A stretch of 64,000 nt of DNA, taken from contig NC_135252.1 in the NCBI RefSeq assembly GCF_964204865.1, positions 6,448,001-6,512,000 of the forward strand, in the 5' to 3' direction. The notes below the pieces were generated by a model. That model did not search any database and was not told the DNA's origin. It worked only from the letters and a program-made list of their open reading frames with translations. Positions 53,634-64,000 of this stretch are shown piece by piece. How positions within the stretch are numbered: the stretch's first letter is position 1; each line of letters starts with the position of its first letter. The translations under genes and the position numbers were made by a program. Origin of the DNA: Styela clava (lineage: Eukaryota).

Positions 53634-55044
53634 CTAAAATAGATGATTATTTTATTCAAAAAACTAAACATATACGAGATGTTATACTGTTGCAAAATGT
53701 CTTTTCCGTGCAATAAATTGAAATATTATGAGTTTAGTTTTGAAACATGAAATGGCGAGATGAAGGAGAAGTCCCACAAAACCAAATATAATGGCATTCT
53801 GCAAAAACAAATTTAGTCGATTTTCATACCATTTGCGCACGTGACATAGTAAATTTACGGCTAGAAATATCTGGAATTGTGGGAAAGCATTGTAGTCAAA
53901 AGCTTTTTATTTTTCATATTGACATGTAAGAATTTGTGAATAGCCGCCCGATATTGGCGCAAGGTGGTGGGCTGGAAATCCAGTTCACAGCCAAGGCGCA
54001 CATTGACCCACTTTTACGTTTGTATTATGGCCGTCAAAAAAGAAAATAAATATATTTTTAAAATGATTCAACAGCTATCTGCGAAACCATTAGGCAAACA
54101 ATATGAGCTACTACGTATGTTTGTGAGCGCACGATGCTGTAGCATGGTCAAAAACGCGTTCTTCTGCTTTTACATTGTGACGTAACGGACTCGGGGGATT
54201 CGAGCCTTTGACCTATTACTCGGATTCGTCGAATCTCTGTAATGCCGGACTCGTCCCATCCCTAAATTTGCTCGCATTGTCTATATGTTGAGCTTTGCAT
54301 GTACGCATATATTGCCAACTTACTATATAAAAATGTAATTTTACAGGTTCCAAAAAATATATACGACATGTTATGATCATTAAAAACTCTCGAAAACTAT
54401 CTGACATTTGCCATATCTCAACGTTTATATCGTATCATTCTGCGTTTATGCACTTTATAAACTAAAGACTGAATACACTAGTTCAACTATTCGGACATAT
54501 ACCAACTACACTAGCCTACATTGTGCCTGATCTTTAAGTCTTTTCGTCGTTATCTTACAAGTCTGGAGTGTCGAACGCAGTGATTGAAATTTGTCGCCTC
54601 GTACAAATTTTTCCCTCCCGAAACCTGTGCAAACTTGGAACCTTCATAGTAAACAAATTCTACACAAACCTAGTTTTCAAGTGTTTTTTAAATGTTTGCT
54701 TAAGTTAAGAATTTCACAATTTGAAAAATTGTTTATTACGTCCTAATGTGTTTAAAACATCAATTTTGAAGGCACTTTGAAAAGGGACCTTACAAATGGA
54801 ATACCCTGCAGGCCTCTTGTTGTCTGAGTCCACTCAGCCCGATAAGTATGTCCTACTTTAGTTTTCTTTTATTTGAGAATTACTCTCTTGTTCTGTGAAT
54901 TCTTTTGTTTTAGGAGTTTGAATTTAATCAACATTCTAATTCCTAATTGTTAAAATTCAGAAAATATAATAGTGCTCCGCTGTTTTGCCCTCGGGCCAGG
55001 ATACGTTACATACGATAGGACGTTTTACACAAACATATAATTAT

Positions 55045-55758
55045 TAGTGCAGAAAATTTTGGGGGGAATTATTTCAACCGTTAACCGGGTAGAATTAACC
55101 GGTTAACCGTTGCATGACATTCGACTACAAGGTATAGTCAAGGCGTGTTACGTCACAATGGTTTCAAAGCAATTTCGCGTGATCTTGTCATGGTATCGCT
55201 TCGTGCTTCGGGCATATGGAGGTATTTTAGTAAAACAAATTCTGAAATTATTTGTTATTTATTAGACAAAATTTTTGGTGTTCGATGTACAACTTCTTTA
55301 AGATATCATAAAAAATAGCATCAGCTGCGATTAGAAGCTACCAGTTCCGTACGATGTGATACGTATTTACTATATGAGTGCGGCAGGAAATATTGTGAAA
55401 CGTTCGTCGCTACTTTATGAAAATATATTTATGCTATTATTCCTGCGACAGAATGCGCACTTGTTGAATGACATTGACGCTTTTACAATAAAATCCTTAA
55501 CCATGACCGGAAACTTGTTCTGAATTTGTCATTGTCAAATTTTCATATTCAGCAATACTAGTACTTCAATTATTTTTGATAATTTCTCGATGATTACCAA
55601 TTGAGTTAGTGATATTCTTTCGAATTAAACGCCACGGGAGATATATTCGCGATGAACTAATGATTTTTGAAAAAATCCTACCGTATAAAAGTAATTATTA
55701 CTTGAGATGTCAGTTAGCGATCAAAATAAATCGTAACCGTTAACCATTCCCAGCCATA
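55045..55758. mobile_element. hAT-type MITE, family TAGGGCTGGG (copy 3)
   Basis: Right TIR accattcccagccata, left decayed; 8-bp TSD ataattat (55037-55044, 55759-55766); interior homologous to copies at 1677 and 19224. Confidence 0.85.
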
Positions 55759-56068
55759 ATAATTATACAGATAGCAGAATAATAGCCACATGAAACAGAA
55801 TAAACTGCTCCTATCTAATTGTAAGATTGTATGTCTGAGTTTCCATTCCCACTATATTCATATCTATATATGTGTATAATACTCACTTTATCAGCCTTAC
55901 ATTAATCGATGGTTTTTGAACAGCATCAATATTCATTTTCCTTACAAACATCCTACAAAGTCCTTCGACCCCAAATATAAAACACGAATCAACATATTTC
56001 ATTAGCTTTCCATAGATTCCATAATATTATTTTTATATTACATCATTCAGAAATACGCTTACATCATT

Positions 56069-56695
56069 CAGAGTGCCCCGAAAAACAGGACCCATAAATT
56101 CTTAATTACTTCTACGAAAATATATTCAAAGAGTTTAAACTTCTTTAACGGCCTTGCATACGTTGCGCAAAATTGTCAATCACTGACGCGCACTTCTCTA
56201 TGAACAATCTCTCTGCAATTGCAGTTTTGAGTTCACGAATTGTTTGAAGAATGTTCTCATACACATGATCCCCGAGATAAAAATCAGGAGGATTCAAGTC
56301 CAATGCCTGAGGTTCCCAATCGACGTTACACCTCCTTCTGATTATCTTTTTCTGAAATCGCACTTATACCCAGTCAGAGGCGTGATTAAATATGTGGAGC
56401 GTCCTTCCTGCTGGAACCACTAATCATCAGCACTTTATCAGTCCAGTTACATAATGTTCCATATTTACCTCTTGAATTTCGTCTTCCAATCAAAACAGAC
56501 CAGTATGACATGTTTGGAAATGGTATATTCCAGAGAGGACATAATTTTTTGTGCAAAGCGCCCTAGATTACTGAAGCTTTCGGGCATGATAATACAAAAA
56601 CAGAACCTCAAGAGTAAACAAAATTGAATTAATTTGCTTCATTTTTGTAGACGTAATTGGGAAATTTATGGGTTGTGTATTTTAAGGTCATCCTG
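56069..56695 (-). mobile_element. Decayed Tc1/mariner-superfamily element
   Basis: Imperfect ~55-bp TIRs (cagagtgccccgaaaaa...acccataaatt / aatttatgggtt...tcatcctg-ta). Transposase relics WFQQEG (cf. WFQQDGA) and WEPQALDLNPPDFYL..VY...TIRELKTAI (cf. WPPRSPDLNPLDFFLWG). Confidence 0.85.
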
Positions 56696-56915
56696 TAGTT
56701 AAAAACATTAAAACAGTTAAAAAAAAAATCCTATACATATTTTCTTTTTTATCATCTTGTAATCTTGTAATGAAATTTTGTAGAGAAAAACTATTTCCGC
56801 AAGATTCGCAAGAGGATTTCAAGATGATGACTAAATTTAAAAAAGTTAGTAAACATGTACAATTGAGCTCAAATTTCCTGAATCGAACTCAAAATATGTA
56901 ATCTCCAGAACAATT

Positions 56916-59900
56916 TTAAACGTGAGTATCCTCTTCGTTTTCGTATCCAAAATTATCAGTGCCCTTCTGAAGAAAATTATTTCATGTTATTATATGATTC
57001 TGATTCATTAGGAATTTCCGATTAAAAACCACAAAACAGTGAAATCAATGTCTTCCGTTCCATCCATCTATTACCCCGACTGAACACAGATTTTTCGCTA
57101 GTTTTATTTGAATGGTTTTAACAAATTAAAATATAATTTGAAAATTTTCGGAGTTGTAACATACAGTGCAAAATGATAGTAATATACAGTGATGCTTACT
57201 CTGGGCACTTTTGGATCTTCTTTATCGATGTCCTTCAAATCATCACGTGACAGATGAGCAATAATGCCTGCACCTATGCTGTCTCCCAAAACATTGATGG
57301 TTGTACGGAACCGATCACTAAACAAATTAAATACATTATTTTTCTCGTGTTGAATGAATGCTTAACATGAACTAATGGAAAGAATTTCACTAACATATAT
57401 TCACTGCCCGATTACATGTTTTTATTCTATTTAAGAAACCGTATTTTCCGGCGAATAAGACGATTTTCTAGACCTAAATTTTTGGCCTGATTTAGGGGGG
57501 GTCGTCTTATTGGGCGAATATGGTAATATTAATTTTTTTCGATGTCAGTTTATTCTGCAATTAGGACCATGAAATATCTTGCGAGCGATAATATGCCCTC
57601 CCCGACAGTTTAGTTTGATGAATAGGCGTTCTCGCTTGGTAAATCTGGAATATAAACGCTTTTTAATTATTGTATTTGAAGTTTCCACATTTGCGTGTGC
57701 ATCACGAGCAAAAGTAATCTATGAAATGAAAGAGGCGGGCGCGCACGCCATCGCGAGAGAAACATCAATCTGTTAATCATTACTAGACAGATCAAAGTTA
57801 TTGCGCGATGACCGAATCCGAATATCAAATTTCAATACTTTGAATTGCCCATGCGTAAATACGGAGGTCTCACCATGGATTTATAATTAGCCGCAGAAAT
57901 ATTTGAATAATATAATATTAACGCAAATAAACAACATTTGAGCGGAAACTAAATTTAACAATGGACATTTAAATATATAACTTTTAAAAACACAAAATTC
58001 AAGTCAAGTAAATTTTTTCATCATCATCGTTATCGTCAAACAATCGACCCCAGTCTTCGGCGGACACCTGATCGTCATAGGGGTCATTTTCGGTTGGTGT
58101 TGGTTGAGTATTGCGGTCGTCCTCGCCGTCATCCAACCATAAGAGATCGTCCTCCGTCCCATCCATAGCGTTCGAAATGCCGCATTTTTTAAAAGACCGT
58201 TCTACTGTTCCAACCTTAATGTCTCCCCACGATTTCAAAACCCATTCACAAACCGTGGCCAGTGATGCGGCGCGCATATTTCCGGCTGGAGTGAAAGTTT
58301 GGTCCCCGGAAGCCATCCATTCATTCCAGCATTTACGCAGCCGATCTTTAAAAGGTTTATTTAGACATACGCCCAATGGCTGCGTGACAGATGTTAGACC
58401 ACCGGGAATCACGGCAATATCTGTGTTGCACCGTCTAACTGCTTGTTTTACATTTTCACAGAGATGTGATTTAAACATGTCCCAAACAAGCGGGGATCTT
58501 GGTTTCAGGAGTCCACCAGGACGACGCGACCACACTTCATTTATCCACCTTATACACCCCTCGTCATCCATCCATCCGTTTTCTTGAGTGTGGACGATCA
58601 TTCCATTCGGGAATTTTTGTTTTTTTGGAAAGGTCTTCCTTTTAAAAATTACCATAGGCGGCAATTTTGTTCCATCCGCGAGGCACGATAGAACTACTGT
58701 GAAACGTTGTTTCTCGTGGCCTGATGTCCTAACCCATATAGTTTTCTCGCCAACTTTATTAATAGTTTTGTTTCCTACCATATCGAAATATACAGGTGTC
58801 TCGTCCATATTTCCGATCATCTGTAACGGGTAATCGTGTTTTTGACGGTGACGAATGATAAATTTTTGGAACGAGGCGATTTTATTATCCATATCTCTTG
58901 GCAATTTCTGCGCAATCTTGGTTTTTTGACGAAGTACTAGGTTGTGCCGATTCATGAAGCGATTACACCAGCTGTTAGTTGATCTGAAATTTAATGAATC
59001 TTCTTCGTTTTTACCAGCCCAGTTTAGTGCATAAAGACGCACCTGTGCACGCGTGACAGTCAAGCCTTTCTTTCGGTTTGCTTCCACCCATTCCGCTACA
59101 CATTCCTCCAGTTTTGGCCATTTCGGTTGATTTTTCTGGTTACATTTACTTTTTCTCGGCATTTCTTTGAGTACACATTCTGCTTTCTTCCAATCACGGA
59201 CCAGTTTTTCGGTAACACCGTATTGGAGAGCGGCTTTCACGTTTGTTGTTTGTAAGGCTAGCTCAACTACTTTTAGTTTGAAAGCAGCATCATAACGCAT
59301 TCTTTTTGTAGATGTAGACATCTTTCACGGGGAAATAATAAACTTATATTACTGATGACGCAGTGAATGAGGCGCTTTCAATTTGGCGCGTATATCGTCA
59401 ACACGACAAAGATCAATGAAAAGAGAGTGCATTAGCGCGTAACTGAAAAATACAACAACAGAATCGGTTAAAAATAATAGTGCGCTTCTTTGCTTAACTG
59501 TCGAACGGAGACGCAGGGTTGCGATTTTCTTACTCGTCTTATTGGACGAATACACGGAAAAACCCCTTTTTTTGGTGCCAAAAACAGGCCTCGTCTTATT
59601 GGCCGGGTAGTCTTATTCGCCGGAAAATACGGTATTTAAAAATAAATTCAAGATACAATATACTGCAAATACTTACAGAAGCCAGTCAATGGCCAAGATG
59701 AGTTCAATATCTTCCGCAGGTAATCCAACAGCAGCCATTACAATCAACAAAGTCACCAATCCAGCTTGCGGTACTCCAGCTGCTCCGATACTGGCGGCTG
59801 TCGCTGTGATACTGGGGAATATCATACAATGATTTATGTGAGTCAGTTTAGTCTTCTAGATTCTAAAATACTTGAACGTGTTAGGATACTTGAGAGTATT

Positions 59901-62900
59901 AAATTCTCTAATTTCCCTGAAGTTCATTATAACAATTCTTAGCTTACAATATTCAGCCTTCAAATTACAGTAGTAGCAATACTTACTTTTGTTGTATAGC
60001 AATACAACAAAATTATTCATTAGTGACCTTACGACATTGGCGCGTTCTCAAACTCTCTGAATTAAAATATATATCTGAAATACATGTCTATCGTTGATAA
60101 ATTGTGTTCCTTTATTGGCCATGAAACGGAATGGAATTTTGTGTTTTTCTTCGAAAGGGTTTAGGATATTACCTGACAACCACAATCTGTCCAAAATTGA
60201 GGTAAATGTTGTTAGACTGCGCAATGAAAATTGCTGCAACTGCTTCATACAATGCAGTACCATCCATGTTGATTGTCGCTCCAACAGGAAGTACAAGTCT
60301 GTATAGACAAATTAGGTTAGGAATTAGCACTGATATAACAATAAAACACATATAATTTTATAATCAAATTTGCACGATTTCCGTTTAAAAGGATGAACAC
60401 GAAACCGAAAAAGCTATGGCATATATTCAACTTACACTATATTTATGCATCTGAATGTCACGCGGTCATAGAACAGAAACTAACACAATGCATAAACTAA
60501 CTTTGTAGCACCATTGCAAGACCGTTATTCTTTCTGAATTTTTGCGTTGGAATATGGTATGTTGTACCAACCTGACAACTCTTCTGTCAACTTTGTTGTT
60601 AGTTTCAAGGCATTTGATCGTTACCGGCAATGTTGCTGAACTTGAAGCAGTGGCCAAAGCAGTCAGTAGAGCCTGTCAATTGCATGGGATGTAGAATGAT
60701 TATCATAGTTTCTATGATTTTTTTTTCTAAAATATGGACTGGTTATAGCCCCCCATGAGTAAGAAAGTATATATTGACTTTGATTGGTTGTTTGTTATGG
60801 AGGTGTAAAAAGTTAAATATGTCACCAATTTAGTGACAAGAATTATATATCGACTTGTTGTTGGTATCATGGTGAACGACAAGACAGCTTATCGTCTGTC
60901 GTCAAACGACGAATACAATCGCAGCGCCTTTCACCAATCACCCAAAATTTTGCCAGACAATGTCCTTATTTGTCAGCTTCCAACTTACGATCGCAGTACA
61001 ATATTATTAAGTAATCAAATAGAGAATTACAATCAGCGTATATACTATTTTACCATGCATGACAATATCCTAATCAAGCGCGAAACTGAGATAATTATAT
61101 TGAAACTGGATAGTTTTGGTGAACTGGCTCAAAGTCTAAATTAACTGGTTTGACTGTGTTTAATATTATTAATTTGAAAAACAACAGTGAAATCCTACTA
61201 AAATTATTAAAGTATTTCTATAGCCCAATATTTAATACCTTATTGTACTAATCGTGTACTTTAACTGTACTAATTATCTGTGGTAATGTTAGAATGTTTT
61301 ACGATATCCAGGGAGACACAAATCATTTCTTGAATATAAATTTGAGCTCAGCAATCAAAACAAAGGGTTTCTTTTGGAATGGTTTACCTGTGACACGCCA
61401 ACGATGTATGTGATTGGATTTTTTCGGACGAAGATAAGATACAACAGAGGAAGAAATATGAGACCGTGTATGAACAGGCCAACAATGACTGTTGCCATAT
61501 ATAAGCCCAGCTGAGTGAGAATTTCCTCTGGTCGGTCCATCTCCATAATCTTGCTCGCTATCAAGAAGCAGATACCGACCGGGGAGTACCTGGAGAATTG
61601 AAATATTTAGAACCACTTGAATGAATGCATAATTGATTATAATACACATTTTGTTCTGTAGAGTGTAGAGCAGAGGTCGGGAACCCATGGCTCGCGAGCC
61701 ATATATGGCTCTTTTGGTGACGGCATATGGCTCCCAAAAAAAATCTAATATCCCAAGACTAAGCTTACTATTGTTACGAGATTTCAAACTCTTTTATAGC
61801 CAAATTTGGCAGGAAATGACCAATACGTTTGAGAAGGCGCGTCCAGCACATGTCTATGTTATGTAAGATAATTACCAGACAGGCATTGTGACAAACAAGG
61901 GGATTCTGGAACATATATTGTGACATCACGGAGCGATAGAGTTTTAAAAACACTACGGAGATACCTAAACGAAAAAGGGCGATGAGTATCGTAGATTTCA
62001 ACTTGGGCTGCATGTGAGCAACCGTTCAAGGCCCGCAGCGACTACATGCAGCATCAGATAATCACATTAAGTGTATACAGACATTGTATGTGTTGACTTT
62101 TGAGTAAACATTTCAGGCCTGATTAAGTGAAGAAATGTTATATGGCTCGCACGGAAATGCAATTGAAAATATTTATATTTTATGGCTCTCTTGACCAAAA
62201 AGGTTCCCGACCCCTGGTGTAGAGTATCATTTGAACCACTGATCATGCCTTCGATATGCCTTCAAGTGTGTGTACCAAGAAGGAGATGACTAATTTTGTT
62301 CGCCTACTTCACATCAAGTTCTGTAAATGGACTGGAATCTATATGCAGAGGGGGTATATCCACTTGGCCAACATAGACAGCTCCCGAATTCGTAATGTAA
62401 CAAAAATAAGAAAACCTTCTGCACAAGAGTAACTTTCTGTATCGTACTATTTCTAGAGCTGGGCATTTGGAATAACTGATGATTTCAGAATTCGTAATGT
62501 AACAAAAATAAGAAAACCTTCTGCACGAGAGTAACTTTCTGTACTAGAGCTGGGCATTTGGAAAAACTGATGATTTCAGAAGGGGATCAAATAATTTTTT
62601 TGAATTGAATAAAATCTATATATATATAAACTTGAAGGGTGGAAGGGACCTTTTTCATTGTTGAGTGAATTAGGTATTTCAATGCATTATCATATACGGT
62701 AAAAGATATATAAAGCCAATAAAAATATACAAACCATATAATAATGTAAACAATTCTCATAATTGCTTCGTTGAAAGCAACAAAGAAGTCAACCAAAATT
62801 TTCCCTTCGTTTTCCATTTTTCCGATAATCAGGCCGAATGTCAAGCAAAAGACGATGAGTCCAAGAACATTGACTCCGGATTTGCTTTCAATGATCTTGA

Positions 62901-63378
62901 AATACAAAATATAATAAGTGAAAATTTAGAATAAAATTGTAATCGCAACTTTCATGTTTACGACAACTCACAAATTCTTATGAGGCATGAAAACTCATAA
63001 AAAATAAATTTAACTTCGTTGAACATTTGGGTTTTGAGCTATCATTTATGGATAAAAAAAAACCGCAATACCTTTTCTGATAAAAAAAATGATATCCTAT
63101 TCGGAATATTGAAAAAAAAACTAAAATCTTATAAATGCGAATGCCAACATAATTTAATTCTCCAAGTTTTTGAAAAAAAAGAAAGAGGTCACGTCTTCGG
63201 ATCACGTAATGCAAAATTTACTTACCAGTTTATAGTCACCAACAACTTCTTTTTCTACAACCATCGTGTTCGTTTTCACCGGGACAGTAGTAGCTCCACC
63301 TGGTATGGCTGTGCTATTGATTTGGTATATCATTGTCACGTTTCTGTCAACCATAATTGGCACACGAACTGATTTGAT
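56916..63378 (-). CDS. Excitatory amino acid transporter (SLC1A/EAAT family), 3' eight exons; 5' part beyond the window
   Basis: Exons 63378-63226, 62895-62735, 61589-61388, 60672-60572, 60298-60173, 59811-59677, 57317-57200, 56966-56916. Motifs [24 protein letters not shown] (HP1), [22 protein letters not shown] (TM7), [12 protein letters not shown] (HP2), [16 protein letters not shown] (TM8 Arg indicates acidic substrates). Specific vertebrate orthologue not assignable. Confidence 0.96.
57439..59632 (-). mobile_element. Full-length pogo-superfamily DNA transposon (POGK/Passer-like, DD35D spacing) in SLC1A intron
   Basis: Perfect 23-bp TIRs ccgtattttccggcgaataagac ... gtcttattcgccggaaaatacgg; TA on the right flank (left reads aa); subterminal gtcttatt repeats; contains a 440-aa ORF. 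Confidence 0.95.
57999..59321 (-). CDS. pogo transposase (Brinker-type DBD + CENP-B/Tc5 HTH + DDE_1), third catalytic Asp replaced by Gly
   Basis: Uninterrupted 440 aa: [27 protein letters not shown]..., NMDETP (D1), LVWDMFKSH (D2), then 35 residues to QPLGV (consensus QPLDV); acidic tail. Confidence 0.95.
   Translation of the reverse strand: MSTSTKRMRYDAAFKLKVVELALQTTNVKAALQYGVTEKLVRDWKKAECVLKEMPRKSKCNQKNQPKWPKLEECVAEWVEANRKKGLTVTRAQVRLYALNWAGKNEEDSLNFRSTNSWCNRFMNRHNLVLRQKTKIAQKLPRDMDNKIASFQKFIIRHRQKHDYPLQMIGNMDETPVYFDMVGNKTINKVGEKTIWVRTSGHEKQRFTVVLSCLADGTKLPPMVIFKRKTFPKKQKFPNGMIVHTQENGWMDDEGCIRWINEVWSRRPGGLLKPRSPLVWDMFKSHLCENVKQAVRRCNTDIAVIPGGLTSVTQPLGVCLNKPFKDRLRKCWNEWMASGDQTFTPAGNMRAASLATVCEWVLKSWGDIKVGTVERSFKKCGISNAMDGTEDDLLWLDDGEDDRNTQPTPTENDPYDDQVSAEDWGRLFDDNDDDEKIYLT
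61671..62216. mobile_element. hAT MITE (TGGCTC subterminal repeats) in SLC1A intron
   Basis: TIRs cagaggtcgggaacc ... ggttcccgacccctg; perfect TSD gtgtagag (61663-61670, 62217-62224). Confidence 0.92.
62386..62578. repeat. ~102-bp tandem duplication (second copy has an 11-nt deletion)
   Basis: gaattcgtaatgtaacaaaaataagaaaaccttctgcac... starts at 62386 and again at 62488. Confidence 0.9.
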
Positions 63379-63836
63379 CTAGTTGAAAGGTAACTTTTTT
63401 ACAAAGAATCTTTGTGAGACAACGGTTTGCAAATCAAGCGTATACGCATTAGCTAGAATTTTTGCAATGCATCAGCTATTTTAGGTGGTCAAGAATGTTG
63501 ACAATGGCCAGTGAGTATGTTCTACTTCTGCACAAACTTACATTTAGAAAAAGACAATAAAAATGTTTAGCATCGTTGGCCAGCATTTTTATTTAAGTAA
63601 TATTAGAAAGAACATTTTTGTTTAAAAAACCGTGATAATATTAAATTTGGCGATTTGGAATAACGTGGTGTCGACGTGTTTTGCATTTTGCTACATATTT
63701 TACTTCTAACGTCGTAATAACAAGCTAAAAATGGTTTCTAGGAAATGCGAACCATGAATTTAAAGCAAATAGGAGATCCGCACGATTGAATAACAATATA
63801 TCATTTTACATAAGAACTGTGAAATACTGAAATGTT

Positions 63837-63940
63837 GGACCTCCTGAAGTATGCGCACCAAGATGGCGCACAACCTGAACTCAGGTTGTGTACCAGGTTA
63901 GGGTTATGCGACATCTTGGTGCGCATACTTCAGAAGCACC
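63837..63940. mobile_element. Palindromic MITE (YY1-motif/TTAGGG family), short form
   Basis: ctgaagtatgcgcaccaagatggcgca ... ggttagggttatgcgacatcttggtgcgcatacttcag. Confidence 0.8.
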
Positions 63941-64000
63941 GAAGTGTTTGTTGTCTTTCATTATGTTCTATGTATTTAATAAATTTTTGATAAAAGTTAC

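Noticed and set aside
54180-54263. tRNA B-box-like GGCTCGAATCCC on the minus strand
   Set aside because: No A box or cloverleaf; GATTCG/GACTCG repeats and a tagggatggg end suggest a MITE fragment.
58111-58833. Plus-strand ORFs of 158 and 81 aa
   Set aside because: Antisense shadows of the pogo transposase ORF.

Overview
Eukaryotic, AT-rich, intron-containing DNA from a compact invertebrate genome. The short GT-AG introns and the CKQxxACxNN-type three-finger proteins are consistent with an ascidian/tunicate, but the species cannot be proven from sequence alone. Most ORF-track entries are noise; genes were assembled by hand from splice sites with phase checks. Left to right: 3' end of a C7orf31/SPMIP4-like gene (+); two weak orphan gene candidates; a head-to-head pair of distantly related orphan transmembrane/coiled-coil genes (10.8-13.3 kb minus, 16.7-20.4 kb plus); PGAP2 (-); a cluster of five secreted, GPI-less three-finger (Ly6/uPAR) genes with a shared non-canonical 10-Cys framework (30.4-46.5 kb); NAAA (+); a SUEL/rhamnose-binding lectin terminal exon (-); and the 3' part of an SLC1A/EAAT glutamate transporter (-). 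One SLC1A intron carries a full-length pogo (POGK/Passer-like) transposon whose third catalytic Asp is Gly. There are many hAT MITEs with 8-bp TSDs, a Tc1/mariner relic and palindromic MITEs carrying YY1 and TTAGGG motifs. The best candidates for an undescribed system are the secreted three-finger cluster and the TM-coiled-coil gene pair.
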